Shown in pieces: positions 25,578 through 34,537 of a DNA stretch of 39,591 nt. The notes below the pieces were generated by a model. It did no database searches and had not been told where the DNA came from. It saw nothing but the letters and a program-made list of their open reading frames with translations. Position numbers and translations under genes: made by a program. Origin of the DNA: Chloroflexota bacterium (lineage in GTDB: Bacteria; Chloroflexota; Limnocylindria; Limnocylindrales; CSP1-4); the NCBI GenBank assembly GCA_021790715.1, contig JAJYGK010000212.1, positions 1-39,591 of the forward strand, given 5' to 3'. Positions within the stretch are counted from its first letter, which is position 1; each line of letters starts with the position of its first letter.

Positions 25578-26936
25578 TCAGACGACCGGCACCGCGTCGA
25601 GCGCCTCGCGCACCGCCTCCGCCGGGTACTCGTAATCCTCGAGCCGCCCGGCCAGGTAGCGCTCGTACGCCGACAGGTCGAAGTGGCCGTGCCCGGAGAG
25701 GCCGAAGAGGATCACGCGTGGCGTGCCCTGCTCGCGGGCCTCGATCGCCTCGTCGATCGCGACCCGGATGGCGTGCGACGACTCGGGCGCGGGCGCGATC
25801 CCCTCGGTTCGCGCGAACTGGACGCCGGCCTCGAACGTCGGCAACTGGTGCACCGCGCGGGCCTCGATGATCCCGCGCTCCTTGAGCAGGCTCACGAGCG
25901 GGGACATGCCGTGGTAGCGCAGGCCGCCGGCGTGGATCGGCTCGGGGATGAAGTCGTGTCCGAGCGTGTACATCTTCACGAGCGGGGTCAGCTTCGCGGT
26001 GTCGCCGAAGTCGTACTCGTAGACGCCGCGCGTCAGGGTCGGCGCGGCCTCCGGCTCGACCGCGACCACGCGGTACGTCGCCTCCCCGCGCAGCATCTTC
26101 CCGACGAACGGGAACGCGAGCCCGCCGAAGTTCGAGCCGCCGCCCGCGCAGGCGATCACCACGTCCGGCGCCTCGCCGGCCATCTCCATCTGCTCGATGG
26201 CCTCGATGCCGATGACGGTCTGGTGGAGCAGCACGTGGTTGAGCACCGATCCCAGCGAGTACCGCGTGTCGTCGCGCCCCGCGGCGTCCTCGACGGCCTC
26301 GCTGATCGCGATGCCCAGCGAGCCCGGGCTGTCGGGATGCTCGGCGAGCACCTGGCGGCCGTACCCGGTGGTGGGGCTCGGGCTGGCCACGACCTCCGCC
26401 CCGTAGAGCTCCATCAGGTTGCGGCGGTACGGCTTCTGGTCGTAGCTCGCCCGCACCATGTAGACCTTGACCTCGAGCCCGAAGAGCGCGCCCGCGAAGG
26501 CGAGGGCGCTGCCCCACTGGCCCGCGCCGGTCTCCGTCGCCAGGCGCCGTACGCCCTCCTGCCGGTTGTAGAACGCCTGCGCGATCGCCGTGTTCGGCTT
26601 GTGGCTGCCGGCCGGGCTGGTGCCCTCGTACTTGTAGTAGATGTGCGCCGGGGTATCGAGGGCGCGTTCCAGCCGGTGCGCGCGGTAGAGCGGCGAGGGC
26701 CGGTAGAGGCGGTAGGCCTCGCGGACGGGTCCCGGGATCTCGATCTCCCGCTCGGCGCTCACCTCCTGCTGGATGATCGCCATCGGGAAGAGCGGCGCGA
26801 GGTCGGCCGGGCCGATGGGCTGCCGCGTGCCAGGGTGCAGGACGGGCGCCGGCGGCACCGGCAGGTCCGGCACGATGTTGTACCAGGCCTTCGGGATGCG
26901 GCTCTCGTCGAGCAGGAACTTCGTCTGCGCGCTCAT
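25578..26936 (-). CDS. trpB: TrpB2-type tryptophan synthase beta-chain-like PLP enzyme
   Basis: 452 aa (the long TrpB2 form): [16 protein letters not shown] (PLP lysine), [24 protein letters not shown]. No trpA adjacent. Confidence 0.9.
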   Translation of the reverse strand: MSAQTKFLLDESRIPKAWYNIVPDLPVPPAPVLHPGTRQPIGPADLAPLFPMAIIQQEVSAEREIEIPGPVREAYRLYRPSPLYRAHRLERALDTPAHIYYKYEGTSPAGSHKPNTAIAQAFYNRQEGVRRLATETGAGQWGSALAFAGALFGLEVKVYMVRASYDQKPYRRNLMELYGAEVVASPSPTTGYGRQVLAEHPDSPGSLGIAISEAVEDAAGRDDTRYSLGSVLNHVLLHQTVIGIEAIEQMEMAGEAPDVVIACAGGGSNFGGLAFPFVGKMLRGEATYRVVAVEPEAAPTLTRGVYEYDFGDTAKLTPLVKMYTLGHDFIPEPIHAGGLRYHGMSPLVSLLKERGIIEARAVHQLPTFEAGVQFARTEGIAPAPESSHAIRVAIDEAIEAREQGTPRVILFGLSGHGHFDLSAYERYLAGRLEDYEYPAEAVREALDAVPVV

Positions 26937-27263
26937 GGCGGGTGCACCTCTCGCTCGGGGACCTCGCGGCCCGGATATGGTTCGACCCCGTCCCGCGAGG
27001 GACGAGGTCGAGACCTCGTGGTGCCACCCTTCGTTCCGGCCGCGCGCGGCGGCCGCTCATTCCGCGGTGCGGGGTCGTCGTTCGACGCCGTACCTGCCCG
27101 TGATAACGGTGGGTCTCCGGCCCCCGCTAGTGCGCGTCCCCTCGGCGCGGTTCGCGGGAGCGTCTCGCGGGTCCATTCCCCGTCCCGCCGTCGGCACCGG
27201 CTTCCACCACCCCGGCTCGCTGTGGCCCGCGGTTGACGGGTACTCCTCCCGGTCAACGACTGT
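26937..27263 (-). promoter_or_regulatory. T-box leader RNA, Trp (UGG) specifier
   Basis: Read on the minus strand. S-turn AGUA (27244..27241) and GAA-UGG-A (UGG 27175..27173). AG bulge AGCGAG (27221..27216). T-box sequence AACGAAGGGUGGCACCACG (27035..27017) with a UGGCACC bulge flanked by AGGG/CCCU and ACGAGGUC/GACCUCGU. Confidence 0.85.
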
Positions 27264-27269
27264 CGGGCG

Positions 27270-27298
27270 AATCTACCGGCACGGGCCCGCGTCCGCAA
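27270..27298 (-). promoter_or_regulatory. candidate promoter of the T-box/trpB2 unit
   Basis: TTGCGG (27298..27293), 17-nt spacer, TAGATT (27275..27270). Confidence 0.5.
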
Positions 27299-27384
27299 GC
27301 GCCTGTGCTCGCCCGGCGCACCCCCGACCGCGCCGGACTGCCTGCGTCGGCCGCGCGAGCGATCCCGGGAGCCAGCCGCCCGCA

Positions 27385-28047
27385 TCAGCCGTGCGGGGTC
27401 GCCGGCCCCAGGTGCGCCTCGACCAGCGCCGTGTGCTGCGCCCCGCCGCGTCCGAGGACGCTCCGGTAGAGCACGAGGCGGTCGACGGTCCACGACAGGG
27501 CATCGGCTCCCGACCGCCTCGGGAGCGCCGGCCCCGCCCCGAGACCGACGGGACCCACGCGCAGCCTGCCGGCCCGGGTTTCCGCCAGCGCGGCATCGAG
27601 CGCGGGAACGAGCGCCGCAGGCGCCTCGCGGGCGATCGTCAGGTGCGGGCGGAACGGCTCGTGCGACACCTCCTGCGGGGCGAGCGTCGCGGTGAGCGCC
27701 GTCGCCAGCCCCGCGACCTGGTCGGCTCCCCGCTCGAGCCCGATCCACGCAACACGCCCGAACCTGCGCTCGAAGGCGCCGGCCCTCCCGAGCGACGCCT
27801 CGAAGGGCCCGGCCGTGGCCGCCGCGCGGCGGACGGCATCCTCGATGCGCGGGATCGCGCCGACCGGCGTGTCGCCCAGGAACCGGAGCGTCAGGTGCCA
27901 GGTCTCGGGCCCCAGCCAGCGCCCGCCGCGCACCTCGTCGCGCACGCGCCACAGCGCGGCCTCGAGGGCGGCCCGGACGTCACCGGGAACCGGTATCGCG
28001 ACGAACAGCCGCCACGCCTCGTCCGCACGCGGCTCGCCGGCGCTCAT
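27385..28047 (-). CDS. thpR: 2H-phosphoesterase, RNA 2',3'-cyclic phosphodiesterase (ThpR/LigT family)
   Basis: Two HxT motifs: WHLTLRFLG and RPHLTIAR. Confidence 0.85.
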   Translation of the reverse strand: MSAGEPRADEAWRLFVAIPVPGDVRAALEAALWRVRDEVRGGRWLGPETWHLTLRFLGDTPVGAIPRIEDAVRRAAATAGPFEASLGRAGAFERRFGRVAWIGLERGADQVAGLATALTATLAPQEVSHEPFRPHLTIAREAPAALVPALDAALAETRAGRLRVGPVGLGAGPALPRRSGADALSWTVDRLVLYRSVLGRGGAQHTALVEAHLGPATPHG

Positions 28048-28089
28048 CGCCGGCCCCTCGTGCCGCCGCGTGTCGCCGGTCGAGATGCC

Positions 28090-28872
28090 TCAGTGCCCAT
28101 CATCGGACGCCGCCGTCCCGACGCCGAGCAGGCGCACGAGCGAGAGCAGGTCGGGCACCACCGGGACGTCGGGCCGGCCGGGAATGCCGTCCGCGTAACG
28201 CCCGGCGCGGTCGAGGAGCACCGGCCGGATCCCCAGCCGGGCCGCCCCGGAGACGTCCGCGTCGGGGTTGTCGCCCACGTGCATCGCCCGCTCCGGAGCG
28301 ATTCCCGTCACCTGGAGCGCGTGCGCGAAGATCTCGGGCTGCGGCTTGACGTATCCCACCCGGGCCGACGCGACGACCGCCTCGAAGTGGTGTGCCAGCT
28401 CGAGGTCGTGCAGCAGCTCGGGCAGCGCCCACACCCAGTTGCTGATCACGGCGCGCCGGATGCCCGCCGCGCCGATCGACTCGAGCGCCGGCTGCACGTC
28501 GGGGAAGACCCGCCACGCCGCGCGCCGCTCGAAGAAGCGCCCCAGGTGCCGGTAGAACTCATCCGGCAGGTCCTCGTAGCCGAGCAGCGCCATGGCCCGG
28601 ACGTCGAAGGCCTTGATCCGCTGGTACGAGCTCTCGGGCGTCGCCTCGAACGGGCCCGGCGCGTCCCACAGCCCCTCACCGAGCGCCCGCGCGAACGCCG
28701 TCGCCAGCGCGTCGGCGTCCACGTCGAGTCCCCAGGAGGTGGCGGCGGCGAGGTAGGCCCCGGTCCACGACGGATCGACGCGGATCAGCGTGTCGCCGAT
28801 GTCGAAGAAGATCAGCTCCGGGCGCGGTTGCAGGACGGGACCGGTCGCCGGATCCGGCTGTCCGAGGCTCAT
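28090..28872 (-). CDS. HAD-superfamily hydrolase (subfamily IA-like)
   Basis: LIFFDIGDTLI (DxDxT), AVISNW, YVKP, HVGDNPDADVSGA. Confidence 0.8.
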   Translation of the reverse strand: MSLGQPDPATGPVLQPRPELIFFDIGDTLIRVDPSWTGAYLAAATSWGLDVDADALATAFARALGEGLWDAPGPFEATPESSYQRIKAFDVRAMALLGYEDLPDEFYRHLGRFFERRAAWRVFPDVQPALESIGAAGIRRAVISNWVWALPELLHDLELAHHFEAVVASARVGYVKPQPEIFAHALQVTGIAPERAMHVGDNPDADVSGAARLGIRPVLLDRAGRYADGIPGRPDVPVVPDLLSLVRLLGVGTAASDDGH

Positions 28873-29408
28873 GCTCCCGGGTGCGTGCCGCCCGGCCGCC
28901 CGGCCTGCTCGCGCTCCCAGCGCGCCCGGTCCGCGCGCAGCATGGCGAGCGCGGTCTCCCGGTCGCGCCAGCCGAGCACCTCGACGGCCTTGTTCTCGAG
29001 CAGCTTGTAGGTCTCGAAGAAGTGCTCGATCTCCACCAGGCGGTGCGGCGACACGTCGTCGAGCGACTCGATGTGCGCGTAGAGCGGGTCGGCGAGCGCC
29101 ACGCTCAGGACCTTGAAGTCGTCCCCGTTCTCGTCGCGCATCGCCAGGCCGCCCACCGGTCGCACCCAGATGTGGCAGCCGGTGAACGTCGGCTCCCCGA
29201 TCAGGACCAGGACGTCGGTGTGGTCGCCGTCGTCGGCCCGGGTCCCCTCGATGAAGCCGTAGTCGAAGTTGTAGTACACGGCCGAGCTGAGGACGCGGTC
29301 CAGACGGAAGACATTGGCATGCTCGTCGAACTCGTACTTGTTCCGGTTGCCGGAGGGGATCTCGATGACGGCCTCGATGACCTCCGGGAAGCGTGCGGCG
29401 GCGTCCAT
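28869..29408 (-). CDS. ppa: inorganic pyrophosphatase (family I)
   Basis: IEIPSGNRNKYEFD...YYNFDYGFIEGT...DGDHTDVLVL. ATG 29408 lies 4 nt after the upstream stop. Its own stop overlaps the HAD start as ATGA. Confidence 0.92.
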   Translation of the reverse strand: MDAAARFPEVIEAVIEIPSGNRNKYEFDEHANVFRLDRVLSSAVYYNFDYGFIEGTRADDGDHTDVLVLIGEPTFTGCHIWVRPVGGLAMRDENGDDFKVLSVALADPLYAHIESLDDVSPHRLVEIEHFFETYKLLENKAVEVLGWRDRETALAMLRADRARWEREQAGRPGGTHPGA

Positions 29409-29412
29409 CCCG

Positions 29413-30570
29413 TCAGTCGTTGTAGAGCCGCTCTTCGATGAGCTTCTCCTGGACGGTGCGGCCATCCGGGTCGAAGCACGAGAACTCGAAGTGCTTCTCG
29501 TACTCCAGGTCGACGTTGTCCTTGCCGCCGCGGTTCTTCTCGACGCTCACGATGACCCAGTCGCGGAAGCGCTGCGCCTGGTACGGGTTGAACTCGATGT
29601 TGACCTTGGCGACGATGTGGTACTTCTCGTTGAGGATCAGGATGATGTCCGCCTCGTAGTTGATGGCCGACGAGCCGCGCAGGTGGTGGTTGCGCAGCCG
29701 GGAGGCCTTCAGGCCCTCCTTGTCGGCCGCCACGATCGCGATGAGCGGCACCCCCTCGGAGAGGGCGACGTCCTTCAGCCCGTTGACCACGTACGTGACC
29801 TTCTCGGTCTCGTTGGGCGGCTCGGGGATGACCGGCACCTTCTGGAGGTAGTCGACGAAGACCACGAGCTGCCGGTCGCCGGAGAGGTCGCGGTGCTGCT
29901 GGACGAGCAGCCGCATGTTCTCGACGGTGGAGGCGGTCTGCGATCCCTTCAGGAGGAACAGCGACTCGCCGTAGCGGCCGATCCGCTCGAGGGCCGGCCG
30001 CAGGCGGGGGTTCGACGCGAGCTGGTGCCCGGCCTCGCCCTCGACCATCCAGCTGCCGAGGATCTCGCGGCGGACGTCCTGGATCTTGATCGCCCCGGTC
30101 GTCTGCGGCAGGTGGACGAGCGCGGACTCGGCCGCGATGAGCCGGTTGAGGAGGTACTCCTCGTCGTGTTCGAAGCAGATGTACAGCACGTTCGCGAGGC
30201 CGCTCGAGGCGATGTTGCGCGCCATCTGGAGCGCCATCGTCGTCTTGCCGGTCCCCTGCGCACCGCCCAGGAGGAGCATCTCACCGGGCCGCAGCCCGCC
30301 GCCGATGGTCTTGTCGAGCGGCGTGAACCCGAGCGGCACGGGCTGGTAGCGGGCGACGTCCCCGGTCGAGATTCGCTCGTTCAGGTTGACCAGGATGTCC
30401 AGCGCCGACTGGGGGCGCATGGATCCCCCGTCGGCCTCCAGGTGCCAGGGCTCCATGGCCTCCGCGGCCATGCCATCGTCCATGGTCATGCCATCGTCCA
30501 TGGCCGTGCCATCGTCGCCGGACGGCACGGGCGCCCCCGGCACGTCCATGGGCTGTGCAGTGGTCTCCAC
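29413..30570 (-). CDS. DnaB C-terminal-domain / RecA-superfamily ATPase lacking a DnaB N-domain
   Basis: GFTPLDKTIGGGLRPGEMLLLGGAQGTGKTTMALQ (Walker A), LVVFVDYLQ (Walker B), VEKNRGGKDNVDLEYEKHFEFSCF. Start is ambiguous: GTG 30570 (GGAGG 9 nt upstream) is preferred; the alternatives are 30606, 30549 and 30420. Confidence 0.75.
   Translation of the reverse strand: METTAQPMDVPGAPVPSGDDGTAMDDGMTMDDGMAAEAMEPWHLEADGGSMRPQSALDILVNLNERISTGDVARYQPVPLGFTPLDKTIGGGLRPGEMLLLGGAQGTGKTTMALQMARNIASSGLANVLYICFEHDEEYLLNRLIAAESALVHLPQTTGAIKIQDVRREILGSWMVEGEAGHQLASNPRLRPALERIGRYGESLFLLKGSQTASTVENMRLLVQQHRDLSGDRQLVVFVDYLQKVPVIPEPPNETEKVTYVVNGLKDVALSEGVPLIAIVAADKEGLKASRLRNHHLRGSSAINYEADIILILNEKYHIVAKVNIEFNPYQAQRFRDWVIVSVEKNRGGKDNVDLEYEKHFEFSCFDPDGRTVQEKLIEERLYND
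30467..30520 (-). repeat. 18-nt tandem repeat, about 3 copies
   Basis: Copies are gccatgccatcgtccatg, gtcatgccatcgtccatg and gccgtgccatcgtcgccg. They encode DDG(T/M)(A/T)M units in the N-terminal region of the DnaB-C-like ORF. Confidence 0.85.
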
Positions 30571-30579
30571 CAGCTCATA

Positions 30580-30608
30580 CCTCCGGGCGGAACGTGGCCC
30601 GATCATAG
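30580..30608 (-). promoter_or_regulatory. candidate -10 TATGAT and SD GGAGG for the DnaB-C-like gene
   Basis: TATGAT at 30608..30603. GGAGG at 30584..30580, 9 nt before GTG 30570. Confidence 0.35.
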
Positions 30609-30694
30609 CATCCGGATTCGGCGCTTCCGGTGGTACGAACGGTGCCGCCACGAGCGGTACCGCCGGTCGCGACCGTCGCGCCCCGGCGGCGGGC

Positions 30695-30721
30695 GGCCGG
30701 CGACGGCATGCCGCGCCGGCC
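30695..30721 (-). terminator. GC-rich hairpin downstream of the M20 peptidase gene
   Basis: GGCCGGCG...CGCCGGCC arms around a GGCATGCC core. Confidence 0.35.
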
Positions 30722-30760
30722 TCGCCTTTCGTCCCGCCGGGCCTGCCGCTCCCGGACCCG

Positions 30761-32149
30761 CTACTCGAGCGGCGTCTCCGCGAGTGCCTGCCAGTAGCGC
30801 ACGATGGTCCGCGTCCCCTGCTCGTAGTTGTCGAGGCGCATCGATTCGTTCGGGGCATGGGCGCGGTCGTCGGGAGGCGTGAAGCCGAGCAGCACCACGG
30901 GCAGCCCGAGGATCGATTCGAACGAGGCGGTGACGGGGACCGATCCGCCCTCGCGGATGTACACCGGGTCGCCGCCGAACACCTCGCGGAGGCTCCGGGC
31001 CGCCGCCTGCGTCGCCGGGTGGTCGATCGGCGTCAGCGACGGCAGGCCACCGTGGATGTAGGTGACCTCCACCCGCACGCCCGCCGGGGCAAGCTGCAGG
31101 ATGCGATCGCGGACGAGCGCGAAGATGCGCTCCGGGTCCTGGTCGCGCACCAGCCGGCAGCTGACCTTGGCGTGGGCGTGCGCCGGGATGATCGTCTTGG
31201 CGCCCTCCCCCTGGAAGCCGCCCCAGATGCCGTTCACCTCGAGCGTCGGCCGCCCGCCGCGCCGCTCGAGCGTCGTGAAGCCGCTCTCGCCCCACAGCGC
31301 GTCGACTCCGGTGGACGCGCGGTAGGCATCCTCGTCGAACGGCAGCCGCGCGAACTCCTCGCGGTCGCGCACGGACAGCGGCCGCACGTCGTCGTAGAAG
31401 CCCGGCACGTTCACGCGCCCCTCGGCGTCGTGCAGGCCGGCGACGATCTCGCAGAGGACCGTCGCCGGGTTCCGGACCGTGCCCCCGTACCCCCCGGAGT
31501 GGAGATCGACCGTCGGTCCCGAGACGTTCAGCTGCGCGTACATGATGCCGCGCAGCCCGACGGTGATCGCCGGCACGTTCCCGTCGAAGAAGCCGGTGTC
31601 GCTCACGACCGCCAGGTCGGCGGCAAGTCGCTCCCGGTTCGCCGACAGCCAGTGGTCGAGGTGCTCGGAGCCCGATTCCTCCTCGCCCTCGAAGACGTAC
31701 TTCAGGTTGATGGGCAGCGTGCCGCCGTCGGCAAGCCAGCCACGGGCGGCCTGCAGGTGCGCGTGGACGTTCGACTTGTCGTCCGCCGCCCCGCGCGCGT
31801 AGACGCGCCCTCCCTCGACGCGGGGATCGAACGGCGGCTTCTCCCACAGGTCGAGGGGGTCTGCCGGCTGCACGTCGTAGTGGCCGTACACGAGCACGGT
31901 CGGGCGGCCCTCCGCGTGGAGCCAGTCCGCGTACACGACCGGGTGGCCCTCGGTCTCCGCCACCTCGACGTGCTCGAGGCCGGCCTGGCGGAGGTGATCG
32001 GCCAGGAAGCCGGCCGCCCGCCGGCAGTCCGCCGCGTGCGCCGGCAGCGTCGAGATGCTGGGGATCCGCAGGAACTCGAGGTAGTCCGCGAGGCGTTCCT
32101 CCCGCGTTTCGTCGAGCCACGCGTCGATGTCCGCCGGGTGCCGTGCCAT
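30761..32149 (-). CDS. M20-family dipeptidase/acylase
   Basis: VLVYGHYDVQPADP...ARGAADDKSNV...FEGEEESGS. ATG 32149 has GGAGGA 4 nt upstream. Confidence 0.85.
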   Translation of the reverse strand: MARHPADIDAWLDETREERLADYLEFLRIPSISTLPAHAADCRRAAGFLADHLRQAGLEHVEVAETEGHPVVYADWLHAEGRPTVLVYGHYDVQPADPLDLWEKPPFDPRVEGGRVYARGAADDKSNVHAHLQAARGWLADGGTLPINLKYVFEGEEESGSEHLDHWLSANRERLAADLAVVSDTGFFDGNVPAITVGLRGIMYAQLNVSGPTVDLHSGGYGGTVRNPATVLCEIVAGLHDAEGRVNVPGFYDDVRPLSVRDREEFARLPFDEDAYRASTGVDALWGESGFTTLERRGGRPTLEVNGIWGGFQGEGAKTIIPAHAHAKVSCRLVRDQDPERIFALVRDRILQLAPAGVRVEVTYIHGGLPSLTPIDHPATQAAARSLREVFGGDPVYIREGGSVPVTASFESILGLPVVLLGFTPPDDRAHAPNESMRLDNYEQGTRTIVRYWQALAETPLE

Positions 32150-32169
32150 CGGGTCCTCCATCACGTGAC

Positions 32170-32251
32170 GAGGCGGGCCGTACGGCCCGCCTCGATGTCC
32201 TGGATCTGTGCTGCCCGGCAGTGCCGCCCCGGGTCGTGCCGGCACTGCCGG
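32170..32251 (-). terminator. two tandem GC-rich hairpins downstream of ftsH
   Basis: GAGGCGGGCC-GTAC-GGCCCGCCTC (32170..32193), and CCGGCAGTGCCG-13 nt-CGGCACTGCCGG (32215..32251). No U tract. Confidence 0.45.
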
Positions 32252-32289
32252 CCGCGGCGCCCGGGGACGCGTCGCCGCGGCTGCCCCCG

Positions 32290-34269
32290 TTACGCCGGCG
32301 AGGGCGAGGGTGCCGGCGCCGGACCGGACGGCGAGGAGCCGTCGGCCGGCAGCTGCCGGGCCGTCGGCGGAGCCGCCACCGGTCGCGGCGTGGGGCCGCC
32401 CTGCTCCTTGCGCGGGTCCGGAATGTCCGCGAAGACCTTCTCGAACTCCGCGGCGTCGAGCGTCTCCTCGGCGACCAGGCGCTGGGCGAGCGTGTCGAGC
32501 CGGTCACGGTACGCGGAGAGCACCTCCATCGCCCGGGCATAGCCGCGGTCGATGATCGTGCGGACCTCGTCGTCGATCTGCTTGGCAACCTCGTCGCTGT
32601 AGTTGCGCTGCTCGCCGATCTCGCGGCCGAGGAAGACCATCTCCTCGCGCTTGCCGAGGGCGAGCGGGCCGAGCTTCTCGCTCATGCCGTACTCGGTGAC
32701 CATCTTGCGCGCCAGGTTGGTGGCCTTCTCGATGTCGTTCGAGGCGCCCGTCGTCGTGTCGCCGAAGACGAGCTTCTCCGACGCGTTGCCGCCCAGGAGA
32801 CCCGCGATCTTGTCCTCGAACTCGGACTTCGACTGCAGGTAGCGATCCTCCTCGGGAAGCGCCATCGTGTAGCCCAGGGCCATGCCGCGGCTGATGATGG
32901 TCACCTTCGTGACCGGATCGCACTTGGGCAGGATGCGCTGGACCAGCGCGTGGCCGCCCTCGTGGTAGGCGATGATCGCCTTCTCGGCGTCGCTGATGAT
33001 GCGGGACTTCCGCTCCGGGCCGGCCATGACGCGGTCGAGCGCCTCGGCGAACTCGGAGCTGCCGATCACCTTCTTGTTGCGCCGCGCGGCCAGGATCGCG
33101 GCCTCGTTGACGATGTTCGCGAGGTCCGCGCCCGAGAACCCGGGCGACTGCCGCGCGATCGACTCGAGGTCGAGCGCCTTGTCGAGCGGCTTGCCGCGCA
33201 CGTGCACGCGCAGGATCTCGAGGCGGCCCTTCATGTCGGGGCGGTCGAGGATGACCTGGCGGTCGAAGCGGCCGGGCCGCAGGAGTGCCGGGTCGAGGAC
33301 GTCCGGGCGGTTCGTCGCCGCAACGACAATCACGTTCGTGTTCGTGTCGAAGCCGTCCATCTCGACGAGGATCTGGTTGAGGGTCTGCTCGCGCTCGTCG
33401 TGGCTGCCGCCGAGGCCGGCGCCGCGCTGGCGGCCGACCGCGTCGATCTCGTCGACGAACACGATGCACGGGCTGTTGCGCTTGGCCTGGTCGAACAGGT
33501 CGCGCACGCGGCTGGCGCCGACGCCCACGAACATCTCGACGAACTCGGAGCCCGAGATGCTGAAGAACGGCACACCGGCCTCACCGGCCACCGCGCGGGC
33601 GAGGAGCGTCTTGCCGGTGCCGGGCGAGCCGATGAGCAGCACGCCCCTCGGTATCCGCGCTCCGAGCGAGTTGAACTTCTCCGGGTACTTGAGGAACTCG
33701 ACGACCTCCTGGAGCTCGCCCTTCGCCTCGTCGACGCCCGCCACGTCGCTGAACGTGACGACCGTCTTGTTGCCCAGGAACATGCGCGCCCGGCTCTTGC
33801 CGAAGCTCATGGCCTGGTTGTTGGTGCCCTGGGCCTGCCGCATCATGATGAAGATGAAGCCGCCGATCAGGAGCACGGGAAGCAGGGCGCTGATGAGGAG
33901 GCCGATCCACTGGCCGGTCTGCGACTGCTGCTGCGGGGTGATCGGGACGCTCAGGCAGTTCGCCACGGCACCCGGCTCTGCGCAGGTCGCGCGGATATCG
34001 GACATGAGGCTGTCGCCGAGGGTGCCCGGGATCTGGCTGGTCTTCTGGGTGTTGGCCGGGTCCTTCAGCGTGATCGTGAGCTGCGTGCCCTGCTCGACCA
34101 CCTGGTCGACCTGACCGGACTTGATCAGGCCGAGGAACGAGCTGGGGCCGCCGCTGTAGGGGATTTCCGTGCCGGTCGGCGCCGGCATGAAGACGGTGTA
34201 CAGCAGCGCGGCCGTTCCCACCACGAGAACGAGCATCACGATGCCGTTTCTCAGGAATCGCGTGTTCAA
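32290..34269 (-). CDS. ftsH: ATP-dependent zinc metalloprotease FtsH
   Basis: [61 protein letters not shown] 34269 (GGAGGG 9 nt upstream) is preferred over the track ATG 34350, which lies upstream of the -10 box. Confidence 0.95.
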   Translation of the reverse strand: MNTRFLRNGIVMLVLVVGTAALLYTVFMPAPTGTEIPYSGGPSSFLGLIKSGQVDQVVEQGTQLTITLKDPANTQKTSQIPGTLGDSLMSDIRATCAEPGAVANCLSVPITPQQQSQTGQWIGLLISALLPVLLIGGFIFIMMRQAQGTNNQAMSFGKSRARMFLGNKTVVTFSDVAGVDEAKGELQEVVEFLKYPEKFNSLGARIPRGVLLIGSPGTGKTLLARAVAGEAGVPFFSISGSEFVEMFVGVGASRVRDLFDQAKRNSPCIVFVDEIDAVGRQRGAGLGGSHDEREQTLNQILVEMDGFDTNTNVIVVAATNRPDVLDPALLRPGRFDRQVILDRPDMKGRLEILRVHVRGKPLDKALDLESIARQSPGFSGADLANIVNEAAILAARRNKKVIGSSEFAEALDRVMAGPERKSRIISDAEKAIIAYHEGGHALVQRILPKCDPVTKVTIISRGMALGYTMALPEEDRYLQSKSEFEDKIAGLLGGNASEKLVFGDTTTGASNDIEKATNLARKMVTEYGMSEKLGPLALGKREEMVFLGREIGEQRNYSDEVAKQIDDEVRTIIDRGYARAMEVLSAYRDRLDTLAQRLVAEETLDAAEFEKVFADIPDPRKEQGGPTPRPVAAPPTARQLPADGSSPSGPAPAPSPSPA

Positions 34270-34332
34270 GAGAGGTGACCCTCCGGGTCGATCGGTGCGC
34301 GCCGGGTGGCCCCGGAGCGTGCTCGGATTATA
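34270..34332 (-). promoter_or_regulatory. ftsH promoter (-10 TATAAT) and SD
   Basis: Consensus TATAAT (34332..34327) inside a local AT-rich island. GGAGGG at 34284..34279. Confidence 0.55.
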
Positions 34333-34490
34333 GGCGGCTGATGTTTCCATGGACGAATACGGGGCGGGTGCCGTGACGGATGGGATGTTGCAGGCAGATC
34401 GCGAGCGGGCGTCGCGGGTCCGCGGCGTGCGCCGGGCGCGGCCGCCGGGGGTCGCGAGCGCGGCGTCCCGCCGGGAGGGAGACGAACGAA

Positions 34491-34520
34491 GGCCCCCGAT
34501 CCCGCTCGGGATCAGGGGCC
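34491..34520 (-). terminator. hairpin terminator after the tRNA
   Basis: Minus-strand GGCCCCUGAUCCC-GAGC-GGGAUCGGGGGCC followed by UUCGUUCGUCU. The single imperfect pair is G.U on the minus strand but C/A on the plus strand. Confidence 0.6.
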
Positions 34521-34537
34521 CGGAGGTGCCGACGTGG

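Noticed and set aside
25130-25870. 246-aa plus-strand ORF across the zinc-ribbon gene and the trpB2 3' end
   Set aside because: It is an Arg/Pro/Ala-rich shadow frame antisense to trpB2, with no motifs.
26962-27000. Hairpin CCUCGCGG/CCGCGAGG downstream of the T-box as a classical intrinsic terminator
   Set aside because: No U tract follows (the sequence continues UCCCCGAGCG). I keep it only as the alternative (sequestrator-type) helix of the T-box.
29413-29700. Local G+C dip (about 59% by hand count) as a sign of horizontal acquisition of the DnaB-C-like gene
   Set aside because: Third codon positions in this stretch are still almost all G or C (AAG, AAC, GAG, TAC, ATC, TTC). The dip reflects amino-acid composition, not foreign codon usage. 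I saw no flanking repeats or integrase.
34270-34350. ATG 34350 as the ftsH start (track ORF, 686 aa)
   Set aside because: A consensus TATAAT (34332..34327) lies downstream of that ATG. TTG 34269 has GGAGGG at ideal spacing and yields a normal FtsH N-terminus ([14 protein letters not shown]...).
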